DNA of 64,000 nucleotides, taken from NCBI GenBank assembly GCA_002269645.1, contig NIVC01000143.1, positions 372,001 to 436,000 on the forward strand, read 5' to 3'. The notes beneath the pieces are model-generated. The model was not told where the DNA came from. It did no database searches and was given only the letters and a program-made list of their open reading frames with translations. The translations under genes and the position numbers were made by a program. Source of the DNA: Macrostomum lignano (Eukaryota). Shown piece after piece: positions 61,904 to 64,000 of this stretch (position 1 is the stretch's first letter; each line of letters starts with the position of its first letter).

Positions 61904-64000
61904 ATGCCAAAAGGCGCCAGCCAAAACCAGATACGCAACCGGTTGAAGCAGAACGCCAACGCTGACGGTCCTCGCCCGCCGCCGCAAAGATTCCGCAGAG
62001 GAGGCGGCGGTTCAGGCAATCGCTGGTGGAATGCCTACCACTTGGCCGACCGACTGACACCGTCCAGTGCCACCCTCACTAAACTGTTTGCTGGCCTATT
62101 CGCTGTCATCGCCCTGATCTTTCTAGTTCGATTTGTTACTTTAAAAGCTCGAACTGCCAGACTGTGGACTCCGGTGCCGCTGCCGACTTTGGTGCCGCAG
62201 AATGGCACCTCGGCTGAGTTGAGCCCGGACCTGTTCTGGGGCACCTACAGGCCCCAGCTGTACTTCGGATTGAAGCATCGAAGTCCGCATTCCTTGCTGG
62301 CTGGTCTCATGTGGTTTCGTCAGGTATAAATTTGTTACGGATGACTCTGTCACAAGATTGTCACTTATCACACTGTCACAAGACTGTCACTTATCACACT
62401 GTGACAGGATTGTAACTTATCACTATGTCTCAGGATTGTCACTTATCACACTGTCACAGGATTGTCACTTGTCACTTTGTCACAGGATTGTCACTTGTCA
62501 CACTGTCACAGGATTGTAACTTGTCACACTGTCACAGGATTGTCACTTATCAATCTGTCACAGGATTGTCACTTATCACTCTGTCACAGGATTGTCACTT
62601 ATCACTGTGTCACAGGATTGTCACTTATCACTCTGTCACAGGATTGTCACTTATCACTGTGTCACAAGATTGTCACTTATCACTCTGTCACAGGATTGTC
62701 ATTTATCACTCTGTCACAGGATTGTCACTTATCACTGTCACAAGATTGTCACTTATCATACTGTCTCAGAATTGTCTTTTGTCATACTGTGTGAGGATTG
62801 TCACAGGATTGTCACTTATCATTCTGTCACTTATTAGTTATCACAAACAGGTTGTCACTTACCGCAGTGTCACAGGCTGTCACCTATCAAACACAGGTTG
62901 TCACTTACCATTCATTCTATCCTATCACACTGTCACACGCTGTCACTTACGACGCTCACGTGTTGTCACTTATCACACATTCATGGAGTTATCAGTCACA
63001 GATCAGTAAGTCACTTATCACACTATCACAGCCTCATAAAATTAAGGCAACGCAGTCACAGTGTTTCAATTAAAAAATCACTGTCAGAAAGCTATTTCTA
63101 AGAAAATTCGGTTATTTAAACCATTTCAGGACGGCCTTGAGCCCCAGATTCGTCACTGGTGCGAACAGTCGGACCGGCTTCGCTACTCCTGGGACGCGCA
63201 CGATGGCCGCAATTTCGGGTCGCAATCGATCCGAGATGAAGAGTTCGCCATCACCACGGAGTTTGTTAAGCGGCCTAAGATGGGCGGCAAAGGTGGAGAC
63301 TGGACCGCTAGGATTTCGACTAAACTTGTCGGCGTGAACGCTAGCGACGCTAAACAGAGACAGCGATCTCCTATACTGTCTGTGATGTTCTATTTCCTAT
63401 TGCCCGACTCTACACTTGGTCATTTGCGCGGTCAAACTGTTGATGAACAGTTTCGATTGGAACGGATTCAAGGTCACACTAAAGAATTGGGGGAGTTTCA
63501 GGTGCGCTTTATATGCTTCCATGTTGTATCCATTAACACCGTGAATGATTTTCATTTATCAAATAAGCCAAGATTTACAAAAGCCGCAAAAATTGATTAT
63601 GTGAACGTTCTGCGTAACCAATTGACTACTTGGAATAATTGAGAATCAGAACTAGACTACTACCAGTAGAAATTGAAATGGGCTACTAGATTGTACTTTT
63701 TGTCTAACGCCAGCTTTTCTCTTTTGAATATTTCTCAGGTGAATTTCCGTCCTCGTACTAGCGGCCCAGTTCGCTATACTCACCTGAGCACCTATGCTCC
63801 GCGCGAAGACCTCATCAAGGAGACCGTCATGCACCGAATGACGGGTTCGCCTGATGGCACTATTGGTCTGACTGGTCGTAGCAATATGAAAATCGAAAAT
63901 CTATTCGTATTTCAAATGACATCTATGCCGGAGTTTCAACTGGAAGTGTCATTCGAATCCGTGTCCGGCCTGTCCGACCGACAAGCTGCCGGCGGCTCGC
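61904..64000 (+). CDS. MOGS: Mannosyl-oligosaccharide glucosidase (glucosidase I, GH63), 5' part; runs off the window
   Basis: Exons 61904-62323, 63130-63501 and 63739-(64000), all phase 0. Basic cytosolic tail, transmembrane helix, FWGTYRPQLYFGLKHRSP..LLAGLMW, IRHWCEQSD.LRYSWDAHDGRNFGSQ.I.D, TEFVK..GGDWT.RI. Confidence 0.95.
62340..63065. repeat. About 26-bp minisatellite filling MOGS intron 1
   Basis: TGTCACAGGATTGTCACTTATCACTC units, degenerating toward the 3' end. Confidence 0.95.

Overview
Eukaryotic (metazoan) genomic DNA: spliced genes with GT-AG introns, GC-rich exons, and AT-rich, repeat-dense intergenic DNA. The style suggests a free-living flatworm such as Macrostomum, but that is only an impression. 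No prokaryotic features or CRISPR arrays were found. Genes reconstructed by hand: two complete 3-exon acyl-CoA thioesterase (ACOT/BAAT family) paralogs on the minus strand (2625-6396 and 33373-36875) plus an intact orphan copy of the last exon (22754-23086); two intronless Zn-motif/coiled-coil/NHL (TRIM-like) genes (13930-15486 with an early TAG; 25864-27423 intact); NUP107 (5 exons, 52200-59367); and the 5' part of MOGS (61904 to window end). The most notable item is absent from the ORF track: two paralogous 2-exon genes (19045-19379 and 28622-28956) encoding 84-aa secreted prepropeptides (signal peptide, pro-region, KR site, C-terminal 24-mer with a C-x8-C loop), whose differences are almost all amino-acid changing. 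The NHL gene, the peptide gene and the ACOT last exon lie in a tandem segmental duplication (about 11719-23710 and about 23751-34000). Comparing the two units exposes several transposon insertions with target-site duplications (TSDs). Most large introns are filled by their own minisatellite, and the two ACOT paralogs have their second intron at different positions. The rest is nested transposon debris: hAT MITEs, a decayed hAT transposase, LINE and Penelope fragments, and a tRNA-derived SINE.
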